Assembly (NCBI GenBank): GCA_951406725.2
Contig: OX597831.1
Coordinates: forward strand, 24,056,001 to 24,120,000
From: Octopus vulgaris
Lineage: Eukaryota
Reading direction: 5' to 3'
DNA length: 64,000 bases
Positions 28,613-42,488 of this stretch are shown here, one piece after another. Each line of letters starts with the position of its first letter. Position 1 is the stretch's first letter. A program made the translations under genes and the position numbers. Below the pieces are notes generated by a model. It ran no database searches. It worked only from the letters and a program-made list of their open reading frames with translations, and was not told the origin of the DNA.

Positions 28613-30089
28613 TAATATTGGAAAGATTACAGCCTTCCTGGCCACAGCAGAAGTTTAACTGATGTCGCAAAGAAATGTAATGGCATGCTACTTCTCACCA
28701 CTTCACTGATTCTTACCATTTTGCTTTCTTTTTTTGAGGCTGGAATGATTGGTTCCTGATTAGCCACAAAAACCAAAATTTGGGAGAAAGGCAACAAGCA
28801 AAATGATGAAAAAAAAAAAACAGGAAAATAAGAATAATATATTTTGGTGAATAAAAAAATGAAATTCAAAGTAATGAGACATGAATATGATGAGATCTGA
28901 ATGAATAACAATTAATTACAAAAATGCTAAATAATGATTTTGAATTTTGTCACAGGGTCAACAGTTTTTGTGGGAAGAGGGCTTTGAGGAAAGCCGTTAC
29001 TTGTTGCTTGAGAAAAATAACAGCTAAGCAACAGCTTCGTTTCATTAGACACTGCATCTCACTGAAATTATTCAGTATGTTTTCTATTGAAATGATGGTA
29101 TACTTTTCAGTGAAGTGGTCCACTGCAGAAGCAAGGAAGCCGACCTGATCAGTCTATAGAAGGCTGTAAAGCAAAGCTAACCTTGGCGAGGTTTGAATGC
29201 AAGATGTAAAGGAACATATCTAGATACTGCAAGGCAGTTTGTCTATCAATCCAGCCAACTTACCACCTTTAACTTTAACATAATATTAATAACATACGAA
29301 TATAATAACCGAAATATATTTAGAAGGAAAACATGAAAATGAAGAAGGAAAAACACGAAAATGCACAAAAGCAAAACATAATATAAAGAAAATAAAAAAT
29401 AAATTAAAAGATGCGAAAATTTCTAAAGCAAAAAGATGACATAAAAGATATTCTCCCGAGAATATTGGTAAAAGCGTTATTCTGGATGTTCTAAAAGTCT
29501 TTTTAATAATCTAAGAAACTCTAATGAACTTCCATTTTAAAATTGACATTTAAAAAAAAAGCTCAAAATAACAACAATAACAACACACAATCATAAAACA
29601 GACAGAATATATAATGCATAAATACACTGATCTAAATATAAAAAAAAAGTTTGTTAAGCAGTTCAAATATTAATGTTTCCTGAAAGACTTATAAGTCTTT
29701 GGAAGAAGAAAAAATAGCAAACATTAATGTTCTTTTTATATATTTTTTTAAATATTTTTATTTTTTATTTTTCAAGCCATCTTAAGCTGACTAAAAACTT
29801 TTGAGAATGATTCTGTTAAAAAAAAAGATTGACTAATTGACAAGATCATGCTAATTTTTCTATGCCGTTCTGGCGACCGACAACCGTTACATAGTAAATA
29901 ATGACAGTATGTTTAATTGACAGCATGGTAGGGCAGGGCAAAGCCGGGAATGGTGCAGGGTTAGTAGGGGTGTGTTTGATGCGTTTACTGTCAGTTTGTT
30001 TAAAAAGGATAATATTGCGTTTGGAAATTTTCCAGGAACGACTTCTGCATAAAAAGCCTATAGTTAAGTAGGAGAGGACTGATGCCTTT

Positions 30090-30307
30090 TATCTTCTGAT
30101 TGTTTCAGTCATTAGACTGCAGCCATGCTGGGCCACTCCCTTGAAGAATCTTTAGTTGAATGGAATTTACCCCAGCGCTTACTTTTGTTAAGTTTGGTAG
30201 TTATTCTGTTGGACATTTTTGCCAAACTACTAAGTCATGGAAATGTAAACACATGGAGAATGGTTGTCAAGTGGTGGTAGTGGTGGTGAGGACAAACAGA
30301 GACACAA

Positions 30308-30358
<51 letters not shown>

Positions 30359-30612
30359 TGTGGTGATTTTCTTTCAATTTCTGTCTTTGAAATCCTCTAA
30401 CAGAGTTTTGGTTAGCCTAAAACTATACTCTCTTTTACTTGTTCCAGTCATTTGACTGTGACCATGCTGGAGCATCGCCTTTAGTCGAGCAAATCGACCT
30501 CCAGGACTTATTCTAGTATAAGACATTTGCCCAAGGTGCAATGCAGTGGGACTGAACCCAGAACCATGTGATTCGTAAGCAAGCTACTTACCACACAGCC
30601 ACTCCTACGCCT
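30090..30612 (-). mobile_element. Two SINE family D copies, one internally deleted
   Basis: Reverse-complement family-D segments at 30090-30425 and 30426-30612. Confidence 0.78.
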
Positions 30613-30784
30613 ATGTATAAAATCTCATGCAAACCTAACTTATAATAGATATACTGGCATGTTATCCAAGAGAATATTTATTTTTCATCTTGCCTGCAAT
30701 GTATTCTTCTGAAATTCCATTTCAAAAAACCTTTTGTTATGTCCATTTCTGGAGACATAACTAAATATCTTTGTTCTCTCATCA

Positions 30785-30965
30785 AATTCCCTATCACACC
30801 TGATGATGCAACACAGTGGCTATAGGAAAGGGTCATATAACACCCCTTACCTTTTCTCTGTTGATGACCTGAAGCTGTATGAGCCAAGTATTAACCGTAT
30901 CAAAAAGCAACTGAATCTCATAAACCAATTTTCTAAAGACATTTGGAATGAAATTTGCTGAGTCC
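30785..30965 (+). pseudogene. R4/Dong-type non-LTR reverse transcriptase fragment
   Basis: Translates ..VDDLKLYEPSINRIKKQLNLINQFSKDI/GMKF, the catalytic xDDLKLY..FSxDIGMxF motif of R4/Dong RTs. Confidence 0.7.
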
Positions 30966-31208
30966 GTTTTGTCTCCCATTCCAGCAATTGTAACATACTA
31001 TAGCACACCATAATTATAGCAAAATTATATAATGCAATATAGAAGAAGATGGGAACTGTTGTAACACAGCCTGCAGCATTTAAATGCTACAATGTGCAAT
31101 GTTTAACTCCAGCTAAATTCTACACCAATGTGACATGACAACTTTTGACCATTGAAATTAGTAAACTTAAATTAAGTCACTACAATGATATATTAATGAC
31201 ATGTCAAT

Positions 31209-31503
31209 AGGCGCAGGAGTGGCTGTGTGGTAAGTAGCTTGCTTACGAACCACATGGTTCCGGGTTCAGTCCCACTGTGTGGCACCTTGGGCAAGTGTCT
31301 TCTACTATAGCCTCGGGCCGACCAAAGCCTTGTGAGTGGATTTGGTAGACAGAAACCGAAAGAAGCCCATAGTATATATAGCTTTGGTTGGCCCAAGGCT
31401 ATAACAGAAAACACTTGCCCAAGGTGCCACATAGTAGGACTGAACCCAGGACTGAATGTGGTTGGGAAGCAAGCTTCTTACCACACAGCCACTCCCGTGC
31501 CTA
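31209..31503. mobile_element. Inverted pair of family D SINE 5' halves
   Basis: A plus copy at 31209-31372 is followed immediately by a minus copy at 31381-31503. Confidence 0.85.
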
Positions 31504-31773
31504 TGTATATGTTTATTTACTTATCAATTAATTTATTTACTTACATGATTTATACACATATCAAAAACTGATGTATGTATAAATCAGTTATGTTGGTGTT
31601 GCTGTTGTTTTGTCACTTTATTAAATAGATATGGTTACAGAGAAGTAAGAAGAGAGAAGTGTGTTACCAACACAATATTCTGTCAGTTACTCGGGGAATG
31701 TGAATACATAATCACAACTCAAATCATGGAGATTTTGTTCACACCTTACCATAATGAAATAAGCAAATATATA

Positions 31774-31815
<42 letters not shown>

Positions 31816-31887
31816 TACATACATATATATATGTAATTATATATATATGTATATATATATATGTATATATATGTAATTATATATATA

Positions 31888-31937
<50 letters not shown>

Positions 31938-32019
31938 TATGTGTGTGTGTGTATATATATATATATGTAATTATATATATATGTACATATATATATATAT
32001 AATTATATATATATATAAT

Positions 32020-32061
<42 letters not shown>

Positions 32062-32374
32062 TTTTTATGTATAGGTGTGTGTGTATGTTTGTGTGGGCGT
32101 GTGTACATACACATAATGATATCTGCAAAAGCTGTTACCTTTCTGAGTTATTTTGTATATTCATTTAACATTAAAATTTTATTGCCTTTACATATGCTGC
32201 TATGCCTATATATATATATATGAGAAAATGTGTGTGTAAATTAAATTGTTGCATTTTGTAAACAAAAGTTGCAGAGAGAACTCAACACACAGAACTGAGT
32301 ATAGTGCTTAATTAACCCTTTAACATTCAGATTACTTTGTCAAATGTAATGCTTATTCATTCACATTGTTTTAA

Positions 32375-32597
32375 CCCTTTCGTTACCGTATTTATTTTGA
32401 GATGTTCTGTGTTTCTTTCAATTAATTTTAGATATAACAAAGAATTTAGTAAAATAACTTAGTTATCATTAAGCTAGTGTTAGGAACATAAATTGTGACT
32501 AAGGTTTGATGGAAGATTTTAATTCAAAATTTATGAAAACAAGACATTTGTACTATATAGCCAGAGGCGGTTTCAGCCAGGTTGGTATCGTAAAAGG
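32375..32597. mobile_element. piggyBac-type MITE, family 2, nested in a family 1 MITE
   Basis: TTAA|CCCTTTCGTTACC ... GGTATCGTAAAAGG|TTAA. The host element starts TTAA|CCCTTTAACATTCAG at 32312-32316. Confidence 0.78.
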
Positions 32598-33422
32598 TTA
32601 AATTAACCATGCATTATCTTATATCCTTAAAATCCTTAAATCCTTAAAAATGTTTCAGCCCGAAGGCTGCGGCTATGCTGGGGCACCACTTCAAGATTTT
32701 GATAATGCGATTGTTCATCCTTAGAATAACATTGTAGGGTAGGTTTCAAAGGCCAAATCTGGCTGGTCTGAACATAAAACAGGTAGAATATTTGAGCTGG
32801 ATAAGGCCAGTTTATATTCTAGAAAGTTGCCCTAAATTTCTTTCCCAGACTTCAGATTTAATGCCACTGTGATCTTGAGACAATTTTTACTGGCATTTCA
32901 AGCTGTTTCTTATATGATGGAACTGGTTCATTCTTCAGTTTGTGTCTATTGTTTCCAATGGCCAGTTTCTAAACATTGGTTCCAAAATTCTGGCACAAGC
33001 CCACAAGTTTGAAGGTAGTGGTAAGTCAATTACATCGACCCCAATGTTCAACTGGTTCTTATTTTATTGACTCCAAAAAGAATGAAAGCAAAATCAGCCA
33101 AGGGAGAATTTGAACCCAGAATGCAAAGACAGGCAAACTACCCAATGTACTAATGATTCTGCTAGCTTGCCAGCTTCCAGATTATAAATATTTTTTGTCA
33201 GTGTGTTGTCATTTCAATTCTTGCCAGGCTCTTGTTTTCCATCCTCCTATTTGTCTGTTGTTTTGCCTCGCCTGGTTGATATAGTTATTATATCCTGATT
33301 CTTGGTTTCAAATTTTGACACAAAGCCAGCAACGTCGTGGATGGGGGTAAGATGATTACATCAACCCCATTGCTCAACTGGTTCTTATTTTACCAAACCC
33401 AAAAGAATGAAAGCAAAGTCAA

Positions 33423-33640
33423 CTCTTTACTCTTTTTACTCTTTTACTTGTTTCAGTCATGTGACTGTGGCCATGCTGGAGCACCACCTTTAGTCGAGAA
33501 AATCGACCCCAGGACTTATTCTCTGGAAGCCTAGTACTTATTCTAATGGTCTCTTTTGCCGAACCACTAAGTTACGAGGACGTAAACACACCAGCATTGG
33601 TTGTCAAGCAATGTTGTGGGACAAACAAAGAAACACATAT

Positions 33641-33686
<46 letters not shown>

Positions 33687-33843
33687 GACGGGCCTCTTTT
33701 CAGTTTCCGTCTACCAAATCCACTCACAAAGTTTTGGTCGGCCTGAGGCTATAGTAGAAGACACTTGCCCAAGATGCCATGCAGTGGCACTGAACCTGGA
33801 ACTATGTAGTTCGTAAGCAAGCTGCTTACCACACAGCCACTCC
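33423..33843 (-). mobile_element. SINE family D, near full length, inserted in a Nin SINE
   Basis: Complete reverse-complement copy with internal (TA)n. Confidence 0.88.
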
Positions 33844-34199
33844 TAGAAGAATTTGGAACCAAGACATACAAAATGCAGCTATGCCTTTTGCTTGGTGTCC
33901 TCATGATTCCGCTAGCTCCTACCTTCCAGTTTCTAAATATTATTTTGTCACTGTAAAGTCATTTCACTTCTTGTCAGCCTGTCACTTTTCATTAGCTAAC
34001 TTGTCTGTTGTTTTGCCTCAGTTGGGTGATTAAGTTATTGTACCATTTTTCTCCATTGATTTGTTAGGGATCTGGCTAGTGCCATTAAGTGATTTTTTCT
34101 GCTGTTGTCATATCCTTTCACAGTTCCTTTTCTATGTTATTGGTCCGATTGATCTATTATTTTACTTTGGTCCTGATTTCTACACTTCCTCTGACACCT

Positions 34200-34575
34200 C
34201 CAACAAATAGTTTTTTAAAATGTTTTTATTCTGTCTAAAACCTAATTTTATTTGTTAAGCATGAATATTTGTCATGCAATATATTCTATTTTTTGTGGTA
34301 CACTGGGAGCATGTCATGCAACCATTTATGTAAGGGGTGATACTGTCTATTATTGCTGACTCTATATTTTTATTCTTAAATCCCAAATGTGCCTTGAAAG
34401 AGACATTGTATTCCTTCAGTATATATTGTTGAATAAGTGCATGTGTTGTGCATATCTGACTTTAAACTTTTCCTTTGTTGCCCCACATATAATATATGAT
34501 TATTTTTTAGAGATATGGTTTGTCTTGTAGTATATTACTACATTCTCAAAGAAAATGAATATATTGTGTCACTGG
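34200..34575 (-). pseudogene. Degenerate PLE GIY-YIG endonuclease fragment
   Basis: Minus strand reads ENVV..Y..YVGATKEKFKVRYAQHMHLFNN..T.SLSRHIWDL..IIDSITPY, matching the PLE GIY-YIG pattern, with stops and frameshifts. Confidence 0.62.
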
Positions 34576-35248
34576 AGTTCTATCTTGAATTCCTGTTTAG
34601 AAACAATATTCTTTTAGCACAATTAACTAAAATATTTGCAATATTTTAAATACTTAATTGTTGTAAGCAGGCTGGTTGTGGAAAATATTGATAGTCTTCT
34701 GAATAAATCAGAAATTCTCTTCTGCAAATGAGTAATTAATATTTACGTTTTGTTTTTAAAATTTTATCCTTATTTTTTTTTATTCTTAGTTTTTACTTTA
34801 TTCCTACATTTTTTTTTCAATTTTTTGTCAAGAGGGCTTATTGGAATCCATCATGAAATATTGTCACATGATCGATTTCAGAACTGGTTCTCTTGTTAAT
34901 AACATGTATGCCCAATAATTTTTAATCTTTATCTCATATACATAAATATGTAATAAAGATGACACTGTAAATAGTCCAACCAATTATGTTGTAAGCCAGA
35001 CTTGATTAATGAGGGGCTTAAATTCGTTCAGTCCTAATACACTAGCAACAGTCCAGTCACACAATGTTATAATTTGGAGAAGCTTCGTAGATATTCCACT
35101 CAACCATGAACAGTGGTTGTTAAACCACTAGAGTGCATGAGCAAACACTGTAAAAGCAATATTTAGGCTTGTTAATGCAGTTATTCATCAAAATGCATTA
35201 AGAAAATGCATTCAGAAGAAAATAATTACTAGACTACCCAATTATCTG

Positions 35249-35314
<66 letters not shown>

Positions 35315-35562
35315 TGTATGTTGTGTGTTATATGTATATTTGTAGTATTATGTATATGTTTTATATTTGCACATGTGCAGTCTGTCTAAATATTCTAATT
35401 TCAAGCGAGTAAATATATCAAACTAACAAGGGCATGAAACTGTTTCTGCTGATAAACTGGTCCAGCAAAAAATCCCAGCAAGTTGAGTCATCATAAGCAT
35501 AATGTTCATACCTTTTTCATGTGTATGTATTGACATATTTACTTTGCCCATTAGATTATTAG

Positions 35563-35866
35563 TGGAGGCACAATGGCCCAGTGGTTAGGGCAGCGGACTC
35601 ATTGTCGGAGGATCACGGTTTCGATTCCCAGATCGAGCGTTGTGTGTGTTTATTGAGCGAAAACACCTAAAAGCTTCACAAGGCTCCGACAGGGGTGGTG
35701 GTGACCCTTGTTGTACTCTTTCGCTACGACTTTCTCTCACTCTCTCTTCCTGTTTCTTGAGTAACGCTGCGATGGACTGGCATCCCGTTCAGCTGGGGGG
35801 AACACATACACCACAGAAACCGGGAAACCAGGCCCATGAGCCTGGCTAGGTTTGAAAAGGGTGAAA
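35563..35866 (+). mobile_element. Chimeric SINE: family A head/body plus Meta/V-like tail
   Basis: Head and body as at 1001. The tail GCTGCGATGGACTGGCATCCCGTTCAGCTGGG..CCCATGAGCCTGGCTAGG matches the copies at 59208 and 61082. Confidence 0.8.
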
Positions 35867-35900
35867 CAATTAGATTATTGCACACGTGTACATGGCCCTA

Positions 35901-35965
<65 letters not shown>

Positions 35966-36112
35966 AGGTATGGCTGTGTGGTAAGAAGTTTGCTTCCCAA
36001 CCACATTGTTCTAAGTTCAGAGCCACTGCACAGCATCTTGAGTAAGGCCTTGCGAGTGAATTTGGCAGACTTAACATGAAAGAAGCTCATTGTATTTGCG
36101 TGTGCATGTATT

Positions 36113-36508
36113 ACTCTCTTTTACTCTTTTACTTGTTTCAGTCATTTGACAGCGGCCATGCTGGAGCACCGCCTTTACTCGAGCAAATCGATCCCGGGAC
36201 TTATTCTTTGTAAGCCCAGTACTTATTCTATCGGTCTCTTTTGCCGAACCGCTAGGTGACAGGGACGTAAACACACCAGCATCGGTTGTCAAGTAATGCT
36301 AGGGGGACAAACACATACACACACATACATATATATATACATATATACGACAGGCTTCTTTCAGTTTTCGTCTACCAAATCCACTCACAAGGCATTGGTC
36401 GACCCGGGGCTATAGCAGAAGACACTTGCCCAAGATGCCACGCAGTGGGATTGAACCCGGAACCATATGGTTGGTTAGCAAGCTACTTACCACACAGCCA
36501 CTCCTGCA
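36113..36508 (-). mobile_element. SINE family D, near full length
   Basis: Reverse-complement copy. Confidence 0.88.
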
Positions 36509-36661
36509 CCTTATAATATATTAAATATATTATATATACATATATATGTATATTATATATACACATATATATATATGTGTATATATATGTGTATATGTAT
36601 GTGTGTGTGTATGTATATATATATATATTTACATATATCGGTATATATATATATCTTTATA

Positions 36662-36846
36662 TTACTCTTCTACTCTGGAAGCCATCTACTCGCGATACCA
36701 GAGGGCGCACATTCTCCTACCCTGATGTAATCTCCAGAGATACAGGCATCCAGCAACAGGACCTCCGTAACGGTATTATGGACAGTGAAGTCTGGCGTAG
36801 CATAGTAAATTCCATTGTCTCGACCACGGTCGAACAATGATGATGA
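36662..36846 (+). mobile_element. LINE 3' end (RTE superfamily-like) with (GAT)n tail
   Basis: [47 protein letters not shown]; same family as 63150-63516. Confidence 0.78.
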
Positions 36847-36859
36847 TATATATGTATAC

Positions 36860-36954
<95 letters not shown>

Positions 36955-37385
36955 CACACTCGTACACATAGAGAGAGTGAAAGAGAGAGAAAGAAGGCTA
37001 GAGAGATAATTAATTAGTATACATTGGCTTCGTATGTATTTGTGTGTAGGTAAATATATGTTCATGTTTGTTTATATATTTTGTCTGTCCATTATCTATA
37101 AATCATTTGTTGATTTCTATATTTGTCATCTTTAAATCCACTTAAATATTTCAATAGTGACTATCTATATCAATAATCTAGAATACAAAGAGAAAAATGA
37201 AACATTTATTTAAGTATTTTTCTCAATTCCTAACAACACACAACTTTTTGTCGTGCATTATAACATAACGTATCTGTTTTCCCCTTGGCTTCCTCTGTCT
37301 CTCTCTGAATATAACCACATATATACACATGTATATAAACATACATATGTAAATATATATATATATTTATATATATATACATATG

Positions 37386-37436
<51 letters not shown>

Positions 37437-37536
37437 ACACACACATATGTATTCATATATGTCCAGATACACAGATATTAATAAGTCTGTTCATATTCAT
37501 GTATGTCCAAATATTCATATATACATAAATACATAC

Positions 37537-37607
<71 letters not shown>

Positions 37608-37863
37608 CACATACACACACTCATACATACATATGTACACACCTACTCACGCATAAATTAAAACTTTCACACTTTATGATTTATTGTGAGATTTCTGTTT
37701 TGTTGCTAATTGTAATCTTTCTTAGCATTACCAAATTTCATAAGAGAAACTGAACAAAAGTGTGTCTTCTTGTGCCTGTGTATTTCTATACGTGTATATA
37801 TATCTGCATATGTTTGTATATATATATATATTATACATATATGTAATTATAAATGTATATATA

Positions 37864-37897
<34 letters not shown>

Positions 37898-39938
37898 CAT
37901 GTTCTAAAAATTCACCACTTATATATGTATATACCTATATATATATATATTAATGTATATTTAACACACACACACACATATATATATAATACTAAAACAT
38001 GCATATATAAATTCGTGTAAGCATGAGCAACAGATAAGTGTATTAAATGTAATCAGAAATTTGGTATTAATTAAAGAAAACACAATTTTATTGTCATATG
38101 TCAACATTATCATTCCCATAACAACAGATATTTAACCTAACGCTTCTACCTTCAGGAATTCCTTATTATCATGATTTTTGGTAGCATCATTGTCATTGCT
38201 ATTATCATGACCACCACCACTAACAAAAGCGTAATTATAATCAGTGCCATTATCATCATCATCATTATCATTGTTATCATAATGTGATACTAATGGCCTT
38301 CATTATCCTTTCTCTCATAATTACCATTAATTATCCTCATGAGTAGATGATACATACGTATGCAAATGTGTATGTATATGTGTATGCATGAGTGTGCTTA
38401 TATATATATATATATTTATGCTTGCATGCACGTGTGTGTGAGTGTGTGTGTTTATGTATATTTTTGTATGTGTGTGTGGATAGGTTCAGACACAGCTGTT
38501 CCACTATGTGGCAATTTGGGCAACTATACTCATCTACAGCCCCAAGTTGGACCAAAGCCTTGTTGAACGGATTTGATAGATGGAAATTGAGAGAAGCCCA
38601 TTATATGAATGTGTGTATCTGTTTTAACTAATAGTTATAAAATAGCGTCACTGTCATACAAACCAAGTCTTTCATTTCCAATTTTCTAAGGAAACATGTT
38701 AGTCATGTGGAAATATTACTTTATTTGGTAACAGGTGAGGTTTGGTGACTGAAAGAGCACCTAATCATAAAATATTTACCTCAACTAATTCCAGCTGACT
38801 GATGCTGATGAGTGATAATATATAATATGATGTAATATGCACAGAATTTTAAAAAATGAGTTACCAATAGTTTCTTGCAGTTGAGGTACAATAATTTGGC
38901 AGATTTATATAACATATCATGTGATCTAAGCAATCCTTCATGTTCAGTGAATACAGTTTGTCCTATTTGAAGAGAAGGACTAGCAGTATGTACTGAGCCT
39001 GAAGAATTGCTTGGAAACACACGGTATACTATATAAATCTGTGAAATTAATATATCTCTACAGCATGAAATTACTAGCAATTCTCTTTTAAATTTTGTGT
39101 ATATTAAATCATATTTACCTCTCATTGGATAGAGTTCTTTTTGCTGATCTTACCCGTGAAAGAACAGTAAACTATATATAGTTTGTGTGTGTGCATGTGA
39201 ATGTGTGTGAGTGTGTGCATGCATGTGTGTGTGTGTGCATGCATGTGTGTGTGTGCATGTGTGTACACACAAACACACATATGCACACACATGCACATAT
39301 ATATATATATATATATACAGTGGGTTTCTTTCAGTTTCCATCTACTAAATCCAGTCACAAGGCCTTGATAGGCGCAAGGCTATAATAGAAGACATTTGTC
39401 CAATGTACTATGCAGTAGGACTGAACCCGGAACCATGTGGTTGGGAAGCAGTTTTGTAACTACGTCCATGCCTGCATGAATACATACATACATACATACA
39501 TACATACATACATACATACATACATACATACATACATACATACATACGTACATACATACATACATACAAATATACATACATACATACACATGTGAAACTT
39601 GGAAAAAATCTTAGAAAAACTTATAAGAAAACTTCTATAAATGATTGCTTTTATGTTGTTTTATAAAATTGTTTTTTTTTCCTTCATACTTTTAATGTTA
39701 TAATACAAATTGGTTTGTCTTTGTGTATAAGTCATGTATTGTCTGTTGATAAGTGATGTAAAATGTTATTTATTAATCACTTTTTCGATTACTTAAAAAA
39801 TTTTAATGAATGTGAACTTTTTTCTGGTATTTTTTATTACCTTTTCATCCAACACATCTCTTTCTCACTCTATCTATCTATCTTTCTATCATATATATAT
39901 ATCTGTCTATTTGTCTATGTATTTATGTATGTATGTGC

Positions 39939-39989
<51 letters not shown>

Positions 39990-40013
39990 CCTATCTATCT
40001 ATCTATCTATCTA

Positions 40014-40069
<56 letters not shown>

Positions 40070-40084
40070 CTTATACATATATAC

Positions 40085-40121
<37 letters not shown>

Positions 40122-40231
40122 CATATGCATATACATATATATATGTGTGTGTCTATATAAATACACAAATATACACAAATGAATCTATCTACCTATCAAT
40201 ATATATATATATATATATATCCATCTATCTA

Positions 40232-40276
<45 letters not shown>

Positions 40277-40608
40277 GTACATATATATATAAGGTGTGTG
40301 TGATCCTCTCTCTTTTGCTCATCTCTCTCTCTCTCACTCTCTCTGTTATGCAATGCAAATGAATGATAAAAAGGATGGGAATTAATCTATTTCTTCTATT
40401 CTTATTTTGTAGGTAAGGACTCTTTGAAATATAACTGATTTATTTCCCAACAGAGACAGGGTGAAAAAAAAAATCAAAAGAAAAATAACAGAAACAAAAT
40501 GGCACAGAATTTTCACAGGTATTTGTTATTTTTGAAAAGTATCTATTCATATTATTTCCATTATATTTATTTTATACATTTTTCTTGATCATCATCATTA
40601 ATTTATCA

Positions 40609-40672
<64 letters not shown>

Positions 40673-40996
40673 CATTATTATTATTATTCATTATTATTAT
40701 AAAATATTTCTTGATTTTATTCTATAAAACAGTTAGTAAAAAAGCAAAGGCAACATAAGTTTGAAAGAACCTTTGGTTCTTGTCAGGGATTTGATAATCA
40801 CATTTATTCCAGTCCTACAATAAAATATATTCAGTACACTCTAAGGACCCGTCCAAGAGGGCAGTAGCTCCATAATGACTCATTCTATAATGACCTCAAC
40901 CAATCTATCTGTGCATGAGGCGTAAGTTTAAAAATGATAAACCTATGCAGAATGATGCAAAAGTCGCTTTAGTAGATATATATATGAGTGTGTATA

Positions 40997-41048
<52 letters not shown>

Positions 41049-41159
41049 AGACAAGCATGAGAGCTGTATCAAAATCTGGTCTGATTTGGTTGGTTGCTCT
41101 TCCTAACACTTTACAATGTGTAATAGGTGCTTTTGATATATATATATATATATATACAG

Positions 41160-41395
41160 ACAGTTGAAACATTCCTGTCACAACCTGGGACCTTAAAGAC
41201 TGCTCAAATGCAAGAAAGTATACAAGTCCCTTAATATTTTATATTCAATATTTCATCTATTCAATAAGACAATCAATAATTCATTTCATTTTACTATATA
41301 TACTATTTATACTGTATATTCTATATTCTACATTAATATTATAAAGAATATAAGTAAAACATAAAAAACAGACAGAGTTGGAATTCCTTTGAATA
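41160..41395 (+). mobile_element. Solo pLTR-like insert with degenerate hammerhead
   Basis: GGGAC-CTTAAAGA-CTGC..GCAA-GAAA-GTATAC-AA-GTCCC. The 3' end CAGACAGAGTTGGAATTCCTTT resembles those at 46230-46435 and 10330-10430. Confidence 0.5.
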
Positions 41396-41515
41396 ATATA
41401 TATATATATACATATATACACAATTTAAAAATAGGATAAAATCTTTATAAGAAAATATCAAGTAGTTAGCATGAAAAAACTCATTAGGGAAAAATTTATT
41501 AATTTTTTCCTTTAA

Positions 41516-41668
41516 ATATATTTATTTATATTAAAGGCATTACTATACATAAATGCCTCATGCTAGGAGGGACTCTTAAAGTTTATTATATTTATTATGT
41601 TAGTTTTGACTTTAAGAGTCCCTCCTAGCGTGAGGCGTTTATGCATAGTAATGCCCTTAATATAAATA

Positions 41669-41675
<7 letters not shown>
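41516..41675. repeat. Fold-back element with ~65-bp inverted arms
   Basis: 41516-41582 vs 41609-41675, with 4 transition mismatches. Confidence 0.85.
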
Positions 41676-41701
<26 letters not shown>

Positions 41702-41704
41702 CTT

Positions 41705-42023
41705 GAGACCCCCTTTGGTCATGACTGACCATGGGATTGCACCTAGAAAGTTAGCCTCTCAGGCACAAGTCCGGGCAAGGTTGTTTATGGAAGACCAGCA
41801 GTCGCCCATGCATACCGGCCTCCCCTCTCCATGCCACCAGTGTTATCCAAGGAAAAGGCCAAGGCATCTGTGACATCACAACTCATTTCTAGAGCTGAGT
41901 GAACTGGAGCAAGTTGAAATAAAGTGTCTTGCTCAAGAACACAACATGCAGCCCGGTCTGGGAATCGAACTCACAACCCCACAATCGTAAGCTCGACGCT
42001 CTAACCACTGAGCCATGCACCTT
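41705..42023 (-). mobile_element. SINE family B
   Basis: Reverse complement of 19661-19989. Confidence 0.88.
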
Positions 42024-42116
42024 CACACACACACACACACACATATATAGATGGATAGATAGATAGAAAGATAGATAGGTAGATAGGTAGGTAGATAGAT
42101 AGACAGATAGATAGAC

Positions 42117-42154
<38 letters not shown>

Positions 42155-42189
42155 GTAGATAGGTAGATGGATAGATGTACATACATGAT

Positions 42190-42488
42190 GGACTCTCCCA
42201 TCAAAGATGATGTTTGACCATTTGGCTTTTATCCGAATGACCCGTACAAGCAATTTGTTTACAGGGATCAAATGTGTCTGTTGCACATTAGCTCACTTTC
42301 TCCATCGAATCAACATTGTCTGAACAGGTGCCCACTGTGCCACACATCACGTTTTGAAGTGACGCAAAGTAATATAATTTGAGATGAAGTGTTATGCCCA
42401 AGGATACAACACACCACCCAGTCTAGGATTTGAAACCATGATCTCGTGATTGTGAGTGTAAGACCTTAACCATTGAGCCATGCATCCT
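42190..42488 (-). mobile_element. SINE family C
   Basis: tRNA-like head on the minus strand; tail shared with 2153-2407. Confidence 0.65.

Noticed and set aside
38990-39035. CTGAAGA..GAAAC..GTA motif
   Set aside because: No stem II or stem I pairing.
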